Origin: an uncultured Armatimonadia bacterium | GTDB lineage: Bacteria > Armatimonadota > Zipacnadia > CAVVLO01 | Assembly (NCBI GenBank): GCA_963749155.1 | Contig: CAVVLO010000001.1 | Span: 32,001 to 96,000 of the forward strand | Direction of reading: 5' to 3' | DNA length: 64,000 nt | In this document: one piece after another, positions 41,561-50,732 of the stretch | How the letters are laid out: every line of letters starts with the position of its first letter | How positions within the stretch are numbered: position 1 is the stretch's first letter | Notes under the pieces: generated by a model | The model's database searches: none | Seen by the model: the letters and a program-made list of their open reading frames with translations, nothing else | Told to the model about the DNA's origin: nothing | Made by a program: the position numbers and the translations under genes

Positions 41561-41604
41561 GGGGAGCCCAGAGTGCCTGGCCAGTCCAGTTGCTCTGGCT
41601 CCCC
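41561..41604. other. Long imperfect stem-loop between phoA and the response regulator
   Basis: GGGGAGCC-C-AGAG...CTGG/CCAG...CTCT-GGCTCCCC. No U-tract follows. Confidence 0.45.
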
Positions 41605-41699
41605 GCAGGGGTAACAGGGTTGCGCGCCCACCACAATTTTAAGCAAGTTGACCTGCGGCTAACAGTCGCAGGCTTGGTGCTAGTAAGGGGGTTGTTGAT

Positions 41700-42392
41700 A
41701 TGGAGAAGCTACTAGTAATAGAAGATGATCAGAGTATCGCCAAGTCTATGGCTTACCGGCTGCGGCAGGAAGGCTACGAGGTCGAGATGGCGCACGATGG
41801 AGGGGCTGGGCTCACCAAGTTTCGGCAGTTCCAGCCCGACCTGGTGCTGCTTGATTTGATGCTGCCGGGTATGCCTGGGCTTGAGGTCTTCCGCGAACTG
41901 CGCCGCAAAACCGATGTGCCTGTAATCATTGTCACCGCCAAAGGTGAGGAAAGTGACCGGGTTACTGGGATAGAACTGGGTGCGGATGACTATATCGTAA
42001 AGCCGTTCTATATGAGAGAGCTGCTGGCCAGGCTCCGGATGATACTCAAACGTGCCCGTACAGGCGGCACCAAAGCAGTGGATGAATCTCAGGCCCCACT
42101 CAGGATTGGCGATCTGGTCATAGACCTGGCTGGCCACACGGTGCTTCTGCGCGGTCAGGAAGTCGAACTGCGCCGCAAGGAGTTCGCTCTGCTCGCTACT
42201 TTGGCGCGCAACCGGGGCCGCGTGCTCACCAGGACGCTCATCCTCGAACAGGCCTGGGGCGATGACCAGTATGTAGACGAACACACAGTTGATGTCCATG
42301 TAAGCTGGCTGAGGATGAAACTCGAAGATGAACCTCGCCAGCCTCGCAGGCTGGTCACCGTGCGCGGCGTCGGATACAAACTGGTGGGTTGA
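41700..42392 (+). CDS. phoB: OmpR/PhoB-family response regulator (PhoB/PhoP-like)
   Basis: IEDD, LLDLMLPG, GADDYIVKPF, TVDVHVSWLRMKLE, TVRGVGY. Sits next to phoA; the symbol is assigned by context. Confidence 0.8.
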   Translation: MEKLLVIEDDQSIAKSMAYRLRQEGYEVEMAHDGGAGLTKFRQFQPDLVLLDLMLPGMPGLEVFRELRRKTDVPVIIVTAKGEESDRVTGIELGADDYIVKPFYMRELLARLRMILKRARTGGTKAVDESQAPLRIGDLVIDLAGHTVLLRGQEVELRRKEFALLATLARNRGRVLTRTLILEQAWGDDQYVDEHTVDVHVSWLRMKLEDEPRQPRRLVTVRGVGYKLVG

Positions 42393-42395
42393 GCC

Positions 42396-43835
42396 ATGCT
42401 ACTGCGAGGGAAATTGATTTTGGGCTGTCTTGCGGTGCTTGCGGCCAGTCTTGCCGGCTTCCTCTGGCAGAATCCAGCGGCGACCCTGAGACCAAGTCTG
42501 GACGTCGAATTGACTCGGCAACTTGGAGAAGAATGGCTACTGGCGGCTTTCATTGGCCTCCTGCTTGGAGGGTTGGCCAGTTATCTGGTCTCTGGCCTGC
42601 TTGCAGAGCCTCTGGCAGCCCGTCTCGACAAGCTTGTCAGAGCTCTGACCCGTGCCCGTAAGGGCGAGTTGGACAGCCGGGTGGACGATCCAACTGGCGA
42701 TGAGATTGCCGCAGTAGGAGAGGCTTTCAACTGGCTGATGGATTCACTTGGAGAACAACTGGAAGAAGCCACTGGCGAGCAGCGGCAATTCCGGGGGCTC
42801 GTGGAAGAGATGCGCGAAGGGGTTGTGCTGGTAGATAATCTGGCCAGGCTGGTTTACTACAATCCGGCAGCAGCGCGCCTTCTGGGACTGGAAGGCGCCT
42901 CCGTCCTGGGGCGCGTTTTCGCCTATGTGGTACAGCAATGCCAACTTGCCGACGCCTTGCGCAGGGCACTTGAACTGGGCACGAGCACCGAGCTTGATGT
43001 CGTGACTTCCTATGCGGTCGAGCGAGTGCTGAAAGCGACCGCTTTCCCCGCCCGGCTTGGGGCCGAGGGCGCTTCTGGAGCCTGCCTTGTAATTCGCGAT
43101 ATCAGTCAGATGAAGCGACTGGAGACCGTCAGGCAGCAGTTTGTGGCCAATGCCTCCCACGAACTGCGTACCCCTCTTACAGCTATCCGCATAATCGCTG
43201 AAAGCCTGCAAGAGGGCGCTTTGAACGACCGCCAAGCAGCCAAAGGTTTCCTCGAGGACATCCTGGCGAACACTGACCGCCTGGCCAAACTGGTGGACGA
43301 TATGATGGAGCTGGCCAGGCTTGAGGCGCTCAAAGAAGAGCTGGAGCTGATAGAGCTGGCTTCTCTTGCGTCCCTGTGCATCGAGCGGATGACCCCGCTG
43401 GCAAAAGAACGCGGAGTTAGACTGAGCCTGACCGGAGAGCTCTCCAGGCTTGCACTGGGCAATTTGCGCAACCTCGAAAGCGCGCTTGTCAATGTGCTCG
43501 ATAATGCGCTCAAGTATGCGGCAAGTGGCAAGGAGATCACTGTAAAACTGGAAGAAGGCCAGTCCGAGGTATGCCTTGCCATTATAGATCATGGTCCAGG
43601 AATCCCTGCTGAAGAGCATGGGCGCGTGTTCGAGCGGTTCTGGCGGGTCGACAAAGCGCGTTCTCGCGAGCTCGGAGGCACGGGGCTCGGGCTCAGTATA
43701 GTCAAGCACGCGATGGACAATATGGGAGGACGTGTCTGGGTAGAAGCAACACCAGGGGGCGGAGCAACTTTCGTGTTGGTGCTTAAGCTGGCAGATGTCG
43801 CCGCTGAGGAGGTTGAAGAACCAGCCCTGTTTTGA
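42396..43835 (+). CDS. phoR: PhoR-like sensor histidine kinase (TM, HAMP, PAS, HisKA, HATPase)
   Basis: QFVANASHELRTPLT, NVLDNALKY, DHGPGIP, FERFWRVDKARSRELGGTGLGLSIVKH (PhoR-type signature). Confidence 0.82.
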   Translation: MLLRGKLILGCLAVLAASLAGFLWQNPAATLRPSLDVELTRQLGEEWLLAAFIGLLLGGLASYLVSGLLAEPLAARLDKLVRALTRARKGELDSRVDDPTGDEIAAVGEAFNWLMDSLGEQLEEATGEQRQFRGLVEEMREGVVLVDNLARLVYYNPAAARLLGLEGASVLGRVFAYVVQQCQLADALRRALELGTSTELDVVTSYAVERVLKATAFPARLGAEGASGACLVIRDISQMKRLETVRQQFVANASHELRTPLTAIRIIAESLQEGALNDRQAAKGFLEDILANTDRLAKLVDDMMELARLEALKEELELIELASLASLCIERMTPLAKERGVRLSLTGELSRLALGNLRNLESALVNVLDNALKYAASGKEITVKLEEGQSEVCLAIIDHGPGIPAEEHGRVFERFWRVDKARSRELGGTGLGLSIVKHAMDNMGGRVWVEATPGGGATFVLVLKLADVAAEEVEEPALF

Positions 43836-43863
43836 TTACGGGCTTTGCTTGATCAGGAGTATG

Positions 43864-43895
43864 AGGCCAGCCTGAAAAGGGCTGGCCTTTCTTAT
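43864..43895 (+). terminator. Intrinsic terminator after the kinase
   Basis: AGGCCAGCC-TGAAAAG-GGCTGGCCT followed by TTCTTAT. Confidence 0.7.
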
Positions 43896-44033
43896 GGTGT
43901 CAGTGTATGCACCCTCAGACTGGGCAAAGGCTTTCGCGGACTGGCTTGCAGGCTATCAACGGGGAAGGCCGGTATCCTGGGTGGAGGATACCGGCCTTTT
44001 GCGCGGGGGCTGCGCTGGTTTAGACGGGCGGGG

Positions 44034-44984
44034 TTAGTTGACGAATCCGCTCAGATCGGCACGCCAGACCGAGGGGACACCAGGACAGGAATAAGCGCGC
44101 TTGCCCCACATGAAGTGGTCGGGGTTCAGCGTGGATTCGAGCTTCTCCCACTTGGCGTGGCCATCGGCGAAGACATAGTTGGCGCCGCCATTGTGCATCT
44201 CGGGATTGATGTAGCAGATATGGTGCTGGCCCATAGCATTGGCAGCTTCGGCGTTTGCGATGGAGGTCCAGCACTGGGCGGGCGAGAGAGCGATGACCGG
44301 GGTGCCAGACACATAAGACTCGCCATCGAAGACTGCGCCATTCATACTGACGGCGTTGGTCGGGCGATGCGACTTGATGGCGTCTCCACCGGTTGGCGAG
44401 CTATCCAGCAGGCACTGGATTTTGTTGGTGTACTCCGCGATAAGGATAGTCTCGGAGGCGGCTTCACAAGCGCCCAGCCGTACAACCTGCTGAGGGACGG
44501 TAGCATATTTCTTCCGGGGGATCAGCAGCTCGTTGGCGACATAGGAAAGACGCGGAGCCTGGATGTCGTTAAGCGGCCTGAGAGAAGACTGTCCTGGCGG
44601 CGGCTCAACTGGAGGAGTCGTGAAACAGGTGGGGGCCCAGCCACCGACTTCGTGCTCTGGGCAGACGAAGATGCCCCAGTTTTTGACATAGGGGGCGATC
44701 ATACCGCTCCACTGGATATAACCGTTGGCACTGGTGGCGCCGTTGACGTAGTAGTAGCTCGAAGGAAGGGTCTCGTCGTAGTCCTGGGCATACATCATAA
44801 GCCCAAGGCCAATTTGCTTCTGGTTGCTGAGACAGGCCGAGGAGCGAGCCTTGGCCCGGGCCCGGCCGAATACCGGGAAGAGGATGGCGGCGAGAATAGC
44901 AATGATGGCGATAACTACCAGCAGCTCTATGAGAGTGAAGCCTCTGGTCTTCGCCCTGTGACCTGGAGCGCGTTGGGTGGTCAT
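44034..44984 (-). CDS. Prepilin-type N-terminal cleavage/methylation protein, DUF1559 with C-terminal H-X9-DG motif
   Basis: [72 protein letters not shown] before ATG 44984. Confidence 0.93.
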   Translation of the reverse strand: MTTQRAPGHRAKTRGFTLIELLVVIAIIAILAAILFPVFGRARAKARSSACLSNQKQIGLGLMMYAQDYDETLPSSYYYVNGATSANGYIQWSGMIAPYVKNWGIFVCPEHEVGGWAPTCFTTPPVEPPPGQSSLRPLNDIQAPRLSYVANELLIPRKKYATVPQQVVRLGACEAASETILIAEYTNKIQCLLDSSPTGGDAIKSHRPTNAVSMNGAVFDGESYVSGTPVIALSPAQCWTSIANAEAANAMGQHHICYINPEMHNGGANYVFADGHAKWEKLESTLNPDHFMWGKRAYSCPGVPSVWRADLSGFVN

Positions 44985-45051
44985 TTGAGCGTGCCTCCTT
45001 ATGAGATATGGCCCTTTTGGGCCGTTGGATTCGGGTTTCCCCGTTGGCCCA

Positions 45052-45106
45052 ATCATAGGAAACGCGCTTCAACAGAAGGTTATCATCCAGCTAACCGAAG
45101 GTCATC
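45052..45106 (-). promoter_or_regulatory. Pho-box-like 11-bp-period repeats and -10 upstream of the prepilin gene
   Basis: Minus strand reads gATGACCttcg-gTTAGCTggat-gATAACCttc, then TATGAT (45057-45052) 20 nt after the last hexamer. Confidence 0.5.
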
Positions 45107-45229
45107 TCGCTGCGAAGTTTATATGAGTTTTAGATTGCCTTTCGACCTGCCGTTCCTGCCAGTGGAGGAAGACAACTCCAGAGAGACAATTTCTGCATAC
45201 CGGCTCGCCTGACTGGCAGGAACGAGAGT

Positions 45230-45245
45230 ATACCCTTAGGGGTAT
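45230..45245. promoter_or_regulatory. CsoR/RcnR-family operator 1
   Basis: ATACCC-TTAG-GGGTAT, a TAC/C-tract/G-tract/GTA palindrome typical of CsoR-family operators, upstream of a CsoR-family gene. Confidence 0.7.
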
Positions 45246-45329
45246 TTGAGCTCAGGCTTCACAACCTTTGTCCCGCCAAGTTTTTACCGAAAACTTTTCG
45301 GGAACTGCCAGCCAGGGATTGCATGTTGC

Positions 45330-45345
45330 ATACCCATACTGGTAT
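45330..45345. promoter_or_regulatory. CsoR/RcnR-family operator 2 overlapping the putative promoter
   Basis: ATACC-CATACT-GGTAT lies between TTGCAT (45319) and TATAAG (45343). Confidence 0.65.
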
Positions 45346-45384
45346 AAGTATATGTAGCTGACACCCAACAAGGTGGTGCGCTTT

Positions 45385-45672
45385 ATGAGTGAGAGCCAGA
45401 TGCCCGATGAGGCTGTAAAAGAACTGACTACCCGCCTGCATCGCATACAAGGCCAGTTGCGCGGCCTGGAAGCGATGGTGGCAGAGGGGCGCTCCTGTGA
45501 CGAGTTGCTCTCCCAGATGACCGCTGCCCTGCGCGCTTTGAAGTCCTGTGCCAGCGCGATGGCGCTTGCCGCGATGAAAGCCCGCTGCAGTTGTCACTCT
45601 GGCGAAAACGTTAATCCCGAAGAGGTACTGAGCTGTCTTGAGCCTTTGCTCGATCAGCTTGCCAAACTTTAG
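45385..45672 (+). CDS. CsoR/RcnR/FrmR-family transcriptional repressor
   Basis: RLHRIQGQLRGLEAMVAEGRSCDELLSQMTA signature. Confidence 0.9.
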   Translation: MSESQMPDEAVKELTTRLHRIQGQLRGLEAMVAEGRSCDELLSQMTAALRALKSCASAMALAAMKARCSCHSGENVNPEEVLSCLEPLLDQLAKL

Positions 45673-45698
45673 ACCCACGCAAGAAGGAGGAATCGGCG

Positions 45699-47399
45699 AT
45701 GTCTACTCAACGCCTTGCACTTTTGATGATTTTGCTGGCGGTCGCGGCCTTGCTCGCTGGAGGTTGCGGCGGCAAGGAAAAAGTCTCCAGCCATGAAGGC
45801 GGGCCCGTTGTGCCTGTCCAGACAGTCGAGGTGAAGGAAGCTCTGCTGCCTGTGAGCCTCGAGGCGACTGGTACAGTTATGGCAATCCGCCAGGCTGAAC
45901 TAGCCCCCAAACTGATGGCTCGCATCGAGGCCGTCTACGTTAAGGAAGGCGACCGGGTCAGGCGAGGTCAGGTGCTTGCCAGGCTGGAGTCGAGAGACCT
46001 TTCTGCAGGCGCGGCACTTGCTTCGGCTGGACTGAAAGGCGCCCAGGCTGCTCATTCACAGGCCCAGGTTGGGCTGACCATGCAGCGCACCAAGTCGGCG
46101 GTTGATGTAGCTCAGGCTGAGGCAGCCCTCGAGCAGGCCAAGGCCCAGCTAGCCAAGGCCAGGCAGGGGCCGCGTCCCGAACAGGTAAAGCAGGCCGAGG
46201 ACGCCGAAGCGCGCGCGAAGGCGGGGTATGAGGAAGCGCAGGCTTATCTCAGCCTGACCAAAGAAGGCGCTCGCTCGCAGGAAAAGCGCCAGGCCGAGCA
46301 GGGAGTCATCTCTGCCCAGCAACAGGTGACCCAGGCTCAGGCGGGTCTTTCAACCGCCAAGGCGGCCCTCTCGACCACCCAGAGAGACTATGACCGGATC
46401 AAGTCACTTTTCGATCAGGATGTCGTGCCTCGCCAGCAGCTCGATCACGCGAAACTTCAGCTTGATATGGCCCAGAATACTGTGAAGCAGGCTGAAGCTG
46501 GCGTAAAGCAAGCCCAGGCAGGCCTCTCCATCGCCAAGGAACAGCAAAGCATCGCGATGCAGGGCGCCAGGACGCAGGAAGTTTTCGCGGCCGAGCAGCG
46601 CGTTGCACAGGCGAAAGCCGCCTGGCAGCAGTCCCAGCAGGAAGTCGTAATGGCCAAACAAGGCGGGCGCTGGGAAGATGTAACCACCGCCCAGCAGGCT
46701 GTTACCCAGGCCGAGCAGGCACTGCGCGCCGCCAAGGCTGCCGAGGGACGCGACAAGGTCAGCCAGGAGGACGTAAAACGCGCCTCGGCGGGTATCTCGC
46801 AAGCGCGCGCTGGAGTCCAGTCGGCCTCCGCTATGTTGAGCTACGCGACCATTACGGCGCCCTTCGAGGGCATAATCACTCGCCGGAGCGCCGATCCGGG
46901 CGATATGGCCTCGCCGGGGATGCCCTTCCTCTTTATGGATGATGATTCGCTTTACCAGGTTGTAGCGACGGTGCCCGAAAGCGATGCCGGGGTGCTGCGG
47001 CTTGGCCAGCAGGTCAGTCTGCAACTGGCCTCTCTTGGCATCACTTTGACAGGCCCGGTTGCGACTCTCGTGCCAGGCGTAGATGCGGCTACTCGGACGA
47101 TGACGGTAAAGGCCAACTTGCCCAGACGTCACAACCTGAAGAGTGGTCTTTTCGGCACTCTCAAGGTCACCAAGGCCAAACAGATGGGTCTGATTGTGCC
47201 CAAAGAGGCTGTCTTCGAACGCGATGGCCTGACCAAGGCTTACACGGTGGATGAGGCTGGCGTGGCCAGACTTGCACTGGTCAAGCTTGGTCGCGAATAC
47301 GAAGGTAATATCGAGATACTGAGTGGTCTTGCCAAGGGTCAGACCGTAATCGTGGCGCCCCCTGCCACTCTGCGCGAAGGAATGCCAGTCTCCAGGTAG
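45699..47399 (+). CDS. RND efflux periplasmic adaptor (MFP) lipoprotein with an unusually long coiled coil
   Basis: Lipobox LAGGC. Lipoyl halves VKEGDRVRRGQVLARL and ITAPFEGII. C-terminal EILSGL. Confidence 0.9.
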   Translation: MSTQRLALLMILLAVAALLAGGCGGKEKVSSHEGGPVVPVQTVEVKEALLPVSLEATGTVMAIRQAELAPKLMARIEAVYVKEGDRVRRGQVLARLESRDLSAGAALASAGLKGAQAAHSQAQVGLTMQRTKSAVDVAQAEAALEQAKAQLAKARQGPRPEQVKQAEDAEARAKAGYEEAQAYLSLTKEGARSQEKRQAEQGVISAQQQVTQAQAGLSTAKAALSTTQRDYDRIKSLFDQDVVPRQQLDHAKLQLDMAQNTVKQAEAGVKQAQAGLSIAKEQQSIAMQGARTQEVFAAEQRVAQAKAAWQQSQQEVVMAKQGGRWEDVTTAQQAVTQAEQALRAAKAAEGRDKVSQEDVKRASAGISQARAGVQSASAMLSYATITAPFEGIITRRSADPGDMASPGMPFLFMDDDSLYQVVATVPESDAGVLRLGQQVSLQLASLGITLTGPVATLVPGVDAATRTMTVKANLPRRHNLKSGLFGTLKVTKAKQMGLIVPKEAVFERDGLTKAYTVDEAGVARLALVKLGREYEGNIEILSGLAKGQTVIVAPPATLREGMPVSR

Positions 47400-47412
47400 G
47401 AGGTGAGCCGTA

Positions 47413-50400
47413 ATGAAGCCCAGACAACTTGGGATAGCGGGCAAACTGGCCCGGATGTTCATCAATAACAGGCTCACCCCGCTGCTGATTATCATATCAA
47501 TAGCCGCGGGCATCCTTGCCACGCTCGCACTGCCGCGCGAGGAAGAGCCCCAAATTGTAGTGCCGATGATTGATATCCTCGTCGGGTACCCCGGCGCGAC
47601 CCCCAAAGAAGTCGAATCGCGGGTCGTGGATCCGCTCGAGAAACTGCTCTGGGAAGTCAAAGGCGTCGAGTACATTTACAGTACTTCGATGCCTGGCCAG
47701 GCGATGCTGATTGTTCGCTTCAAAGTGGGCGAAAACGAAGAGGACAGCCTGGTCAAGCTGTATCACAAACTCTTCGCCAATCTGGACAAGACGGCTCCAG
47801 GGGTAACCCAGCCTCTCATCAAGATGCGCTCAATCTACGATGTGCCCATCCTGGCGCTTACCTTGTGGAGCGACAAGTATTCGCCAATGGAACTCCGGCG
47901 GATGGCCTCTCAGGTGCTTTGCACCGAGCTCAAACAGGTGAAGGACGTCTCCGAGACAACCATCATCGGCGGGCAGCGCCGGCAGCTCCGGGTGGATTTG
48001 GACCCGGCCAGGCTGGCTGGTTACAACATGTCGGCCGGGCTGATTTACAAACAGCTCCAGGCCGCCAACCACCAGCTAGATGCGGGCAGTATCGCTCAGG
48101 ACAACACCGAGTTCGCAATCAAGGCGGGCAATTTCCTGGCCACTGTTGATGATGTGGCCAACGTGGTCGTGGGCGTTTTCGGGGGAAGGCCCATCAAGCT
48201 GGGCGAAGTCGCCGAAGTATATGATGGGGCGGAAGATCCCTCCCAGTATGTGCTCTTTGGCCCTGGTCCCGCGGGCGAGGAGAAGGGCATCAACACGGAG
48301 GAGTTCCAGGTTGGCAGCCAGTACAACGCGGTCACTCTCTCGATTGCCAAGCACAAAGGCGCCAATGCCATCAACGTCGTAGATGGCGTGATGGAGAAGG
48401 TGCGCGAGCTGCAGGCGAAGGAACTGCCCAGTGACGTCCACCTGACTGTGACGCGCGATTATGGCGAGACGGCGGCGGAAAAGTCCAACGAGCTGCTCTT
48501 CCATATGTTGCTTGCGGTCGTGTCCGTGGTAATCCTCATCGCGCTGGTCCTCGGCTTCCGGGAGGCGCTGGTTGTTGCGCTGGCAGTGCCGGTCACTCTG
48601 GCGCTCACGATGCTTATCTTCTATCTCTATGACTACACCCTCAACCGGGTGACCCTGTTTGCGCTGGTATTCAGCATAGGTATCCTCGTGGACGATGCCA
48701 TCGTAATCGTCGAGAACATTGTCCGCCACTACCGGATGCCCCAGAACAAAGGTCGCTCGGCCGCGGACGTGGCCGTCGAAGCGGTGGATGAGGTTGGCAA
48801 CCCGACCATCCTTGCGACAATGGCCGTTATCGCGGCGATTATGCCGATGGCCTTCGTCGGCGGGATGATGGGCCCCTATATGGAGCCAATCCCCGTGGGC
48901 GCGACGGCGGCGATGATTTTTTCGATGTTCATCGCCTTTATGGTCTCCCCCTGGGCCGCCTACCGATTGCTGAGGCGTGACCTCGAGCATCAGGAGAGCG
49001 GCAAGAGTCACGAGAAGGCCGACGAGTTGCTCTGTCGCACTTACAACCGATTCGAGTTGCCGCTGCTGAAAAGTCGCAAGAAGCGCTGGCTCTTCCTGGG
49101 CGGGCTTACGGCGGCGTTAATCCTGTCGGCGCTGCTCTTCCCGACCAAGGGCGTCATTATGAAGATGCTGCCCTTCGACAACAAGAGCGAGCTTCAACTG
49201 GTCGTCAATGCGCCTGAGAGCTACACGCTGGAACGCACTCTGGCCGCGGCGCAAGACCTGGCCGCTTACATTTCCGAGCTGCCCGAAGTGACCGATTATC
49301 AGGTCTATGTGGGCACCTCGGCGCCCTTCAACTTCAACGGGCTGGTGCGTCACTACTACCTGCGGCAGGGGGGCAATGTCGCCGACCTGCAAATCAACTT
49401 CGTGAACAAGAAAGACCGCAAGCGCCAGTCGCACGAGATCGCCAAGAGCCTGCGCGAGCCGCTCCAGCAGATCGCCGCCAAACACGGTGTGGTGCTGCAA
49501 GTGGCCGAAGTGCCGCCTGGCCCGCCCGTCATCGCGACCATCGTCAGTGAAGTATACGGTCCGGACTATGAGCGCCAGATGGAAATCGCTCGCCAGGTGG
49601 AGCAGGTCTTCCGCGCCGAACCTACAGTGGCTGATGTGGACACCTTCATCGAAGATGACCAGGTCGAATACAACTTTGCCGTGGACCAGGAGAAAGCCGC
49701 CCTCAATGGTATCGATGTCGAACAGGCGACGATGACGCTGGCGATGGCCGTCCATGGAGGCTCGGCCGGTCTGGCGCATCAACCTGCCGAAGAGGAGCAA
49801 CTGAGCATCAACTTGCGCGTCCCTCTGGCCGAACGCAGCAGCGTGACTGACCTTTCTCAGATCCGCCTGCAAGCTCAGGACGGGCGACTGGTGCCGCTTT
49901 CCGAACTGGTTACTATCGAACAACGCATACGCGCCAAGAGCATCTACCACAAGAATCTGCAGCCGGTCGTCTACGTAACCGGCGAGGTTATCGGGCGCGC
50001 CGAAAGCCCTGTCTACAGCATCCTGAAGCTGCGCAAGGCAATGGCCGAACTCAAGCTGCCCGAAGGCTATGCGCTGAACGAGTACTGGACGAAGCAGCCC
50101 TTCTCAACTGAAGAGCACGGGATGAAGTGGGACGGCGAGTGGCAGATCACCTTCGAGGTGTTCCGCGACCTGGGCATCGCCTTCGCCGCCGTGTTGCTGT
50201 TGATTTATGCGCTGGTGACTGGCTGGTTCCAGTCTTTCAAGACGCCGATCGCAATAATGGCGGTCATCCCGCTTTCGCTCATCGGCATCATCCCGGCTCA
50301 CTGGGCGCTGGGGGCTTTCTTCACGGCGACCTCGATGATCGGCTTTATCGCCGGCGCGGGCATTGTGGTGAGGAACTCCATCATCCTGGTGGACTTCGTC

Positions 50401-50727
50401 GAGATGCGCCAACGAGAAGGGCTTGGCCTTGTCGAGGCCTGCCTGGATGCGGGCGCGACGCGCTTCAGGCCTATCTTGCTGACTGCGCTGGCAGTGGCTG
50501 TTGCGGCTATCGTCATCCTGTTCGACCCGATTTTCCAGGGGATGGCAGTCGCGCTGATGGCGGGCGAGCTTTCGGCAGTTATCTTCGCCCCACTGGCTGT
50601 GCCAGTCCTTTACTATATGCTCGTGCATCGCGAGTGCCTTGACGCTGACGGGAAAGCTTGCCCTACTACGCCTGAGAAGCCTGAAGATGGAGCTCCGCCT
50701 GCTGCAGATGAGACGATCGAGGAGTGA
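47413..50727 (+). CDS. RND efflux transporter permease (AcrB/AcrD/AcrF family)
   Basis: 1104 aa, IGILVDDAIVIVENI, GIVVRNSIILVDF, RFRPILLTA. Confidence 0.95.
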   Translation: MKPRQLGIAGKLARMFINNRLTPLLIIISIAAGILATLALPREEEPQIVVPMIDILVGYPGATPKEVESRVVDPLEKLLWEVKGVEYIYSTSMPGQAMLIVRFKVGENEEDSLVKLYHKLFANLDKTAPGVTQPLIKMRSIYDVPILALTLWSDKYSPMELRRMASQVLCTELKQVKDVSETTIIGGQRRQLRVDLDPARLAGYNMSAGLIYKQLQAANHQLDAGSIAQDNTEFAIKAGNFLATVDDVANVVVGVFGGRPIKLGEVAEVYDGAEDPSQYVLFGPGPAGEEKGINTEEFQVGSQYNAVTLSIAKHKGANAINVVDGVMEKVRELQAKELPSDVHLTVTRDYGETAAEKSNELLFHMLLAVVSVVILIALVLGFREALVVALAVPVTLALTMLIFYLYDYTLNRVTLFALVFSIGILVDDAIVIVENIVRHYRMPQNKGRSAADVAVEAVDEVGNPTILATMAVIAAIMPMAFVGGMMGPYMEPIPVGATAAMIFSMFIAFMVSPWAAYRLLRRDLEHQESGKSHEKADELLCRTYNRFELPLLKSRKKRWLFLGGLTAALILSALLFPTKGVIMKMLPFDNKSELQLVVNAPESYTLERTLAAAQDLAAYISELPEVTDYQVYVGTSAPFNFNGLVRHYYLRQGGNVADLQINFVNKKDRKRQSHEIAKSLREPLQQIAAKHGVVLQVAEVPPGPPVIATIVSEVYGPDYERQMEIARQVEQVFRAEPTVADVDTFIEDDQVEYNFAVDQEKAALNGIDVEQATMTLAMAVHGGSAGLAHQPAEEEQLSINLRVPLAERSSVTDLSQIRLQAQDGRLVPLSELVTIEQRIRAKSIYHKNLQPVVYVTGEVIGRAESPVYSILKLRKAMAELKLPEGYALNEYWTKQPFSTEEHGMKWDGEWQITFEVFRDLGIAFAAVLLLIYALVTGWFQSFKTPIAIMAVIPLSLIGIIPAHWALGAFFTATSMIGFIAGAGIVVRNSIILVDFVEMRQREGLGLVEACLDAGATRFRPILLTALAVAVAAIVILFDPIFQGMAVALMAGELSAVIFAPLAVPVLYYMLVHRECLDADGKACPTTPEKPEDGAPPAADETIEE

Positions 50728-50732
50728 TTTTG

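Noticed and set aside
43845..45212. 455-aa plus-strand ORF
   Set aside because: Antisense shadow of the prepilin gene with no recognisable motifs. Such ORFs are common at high GC.
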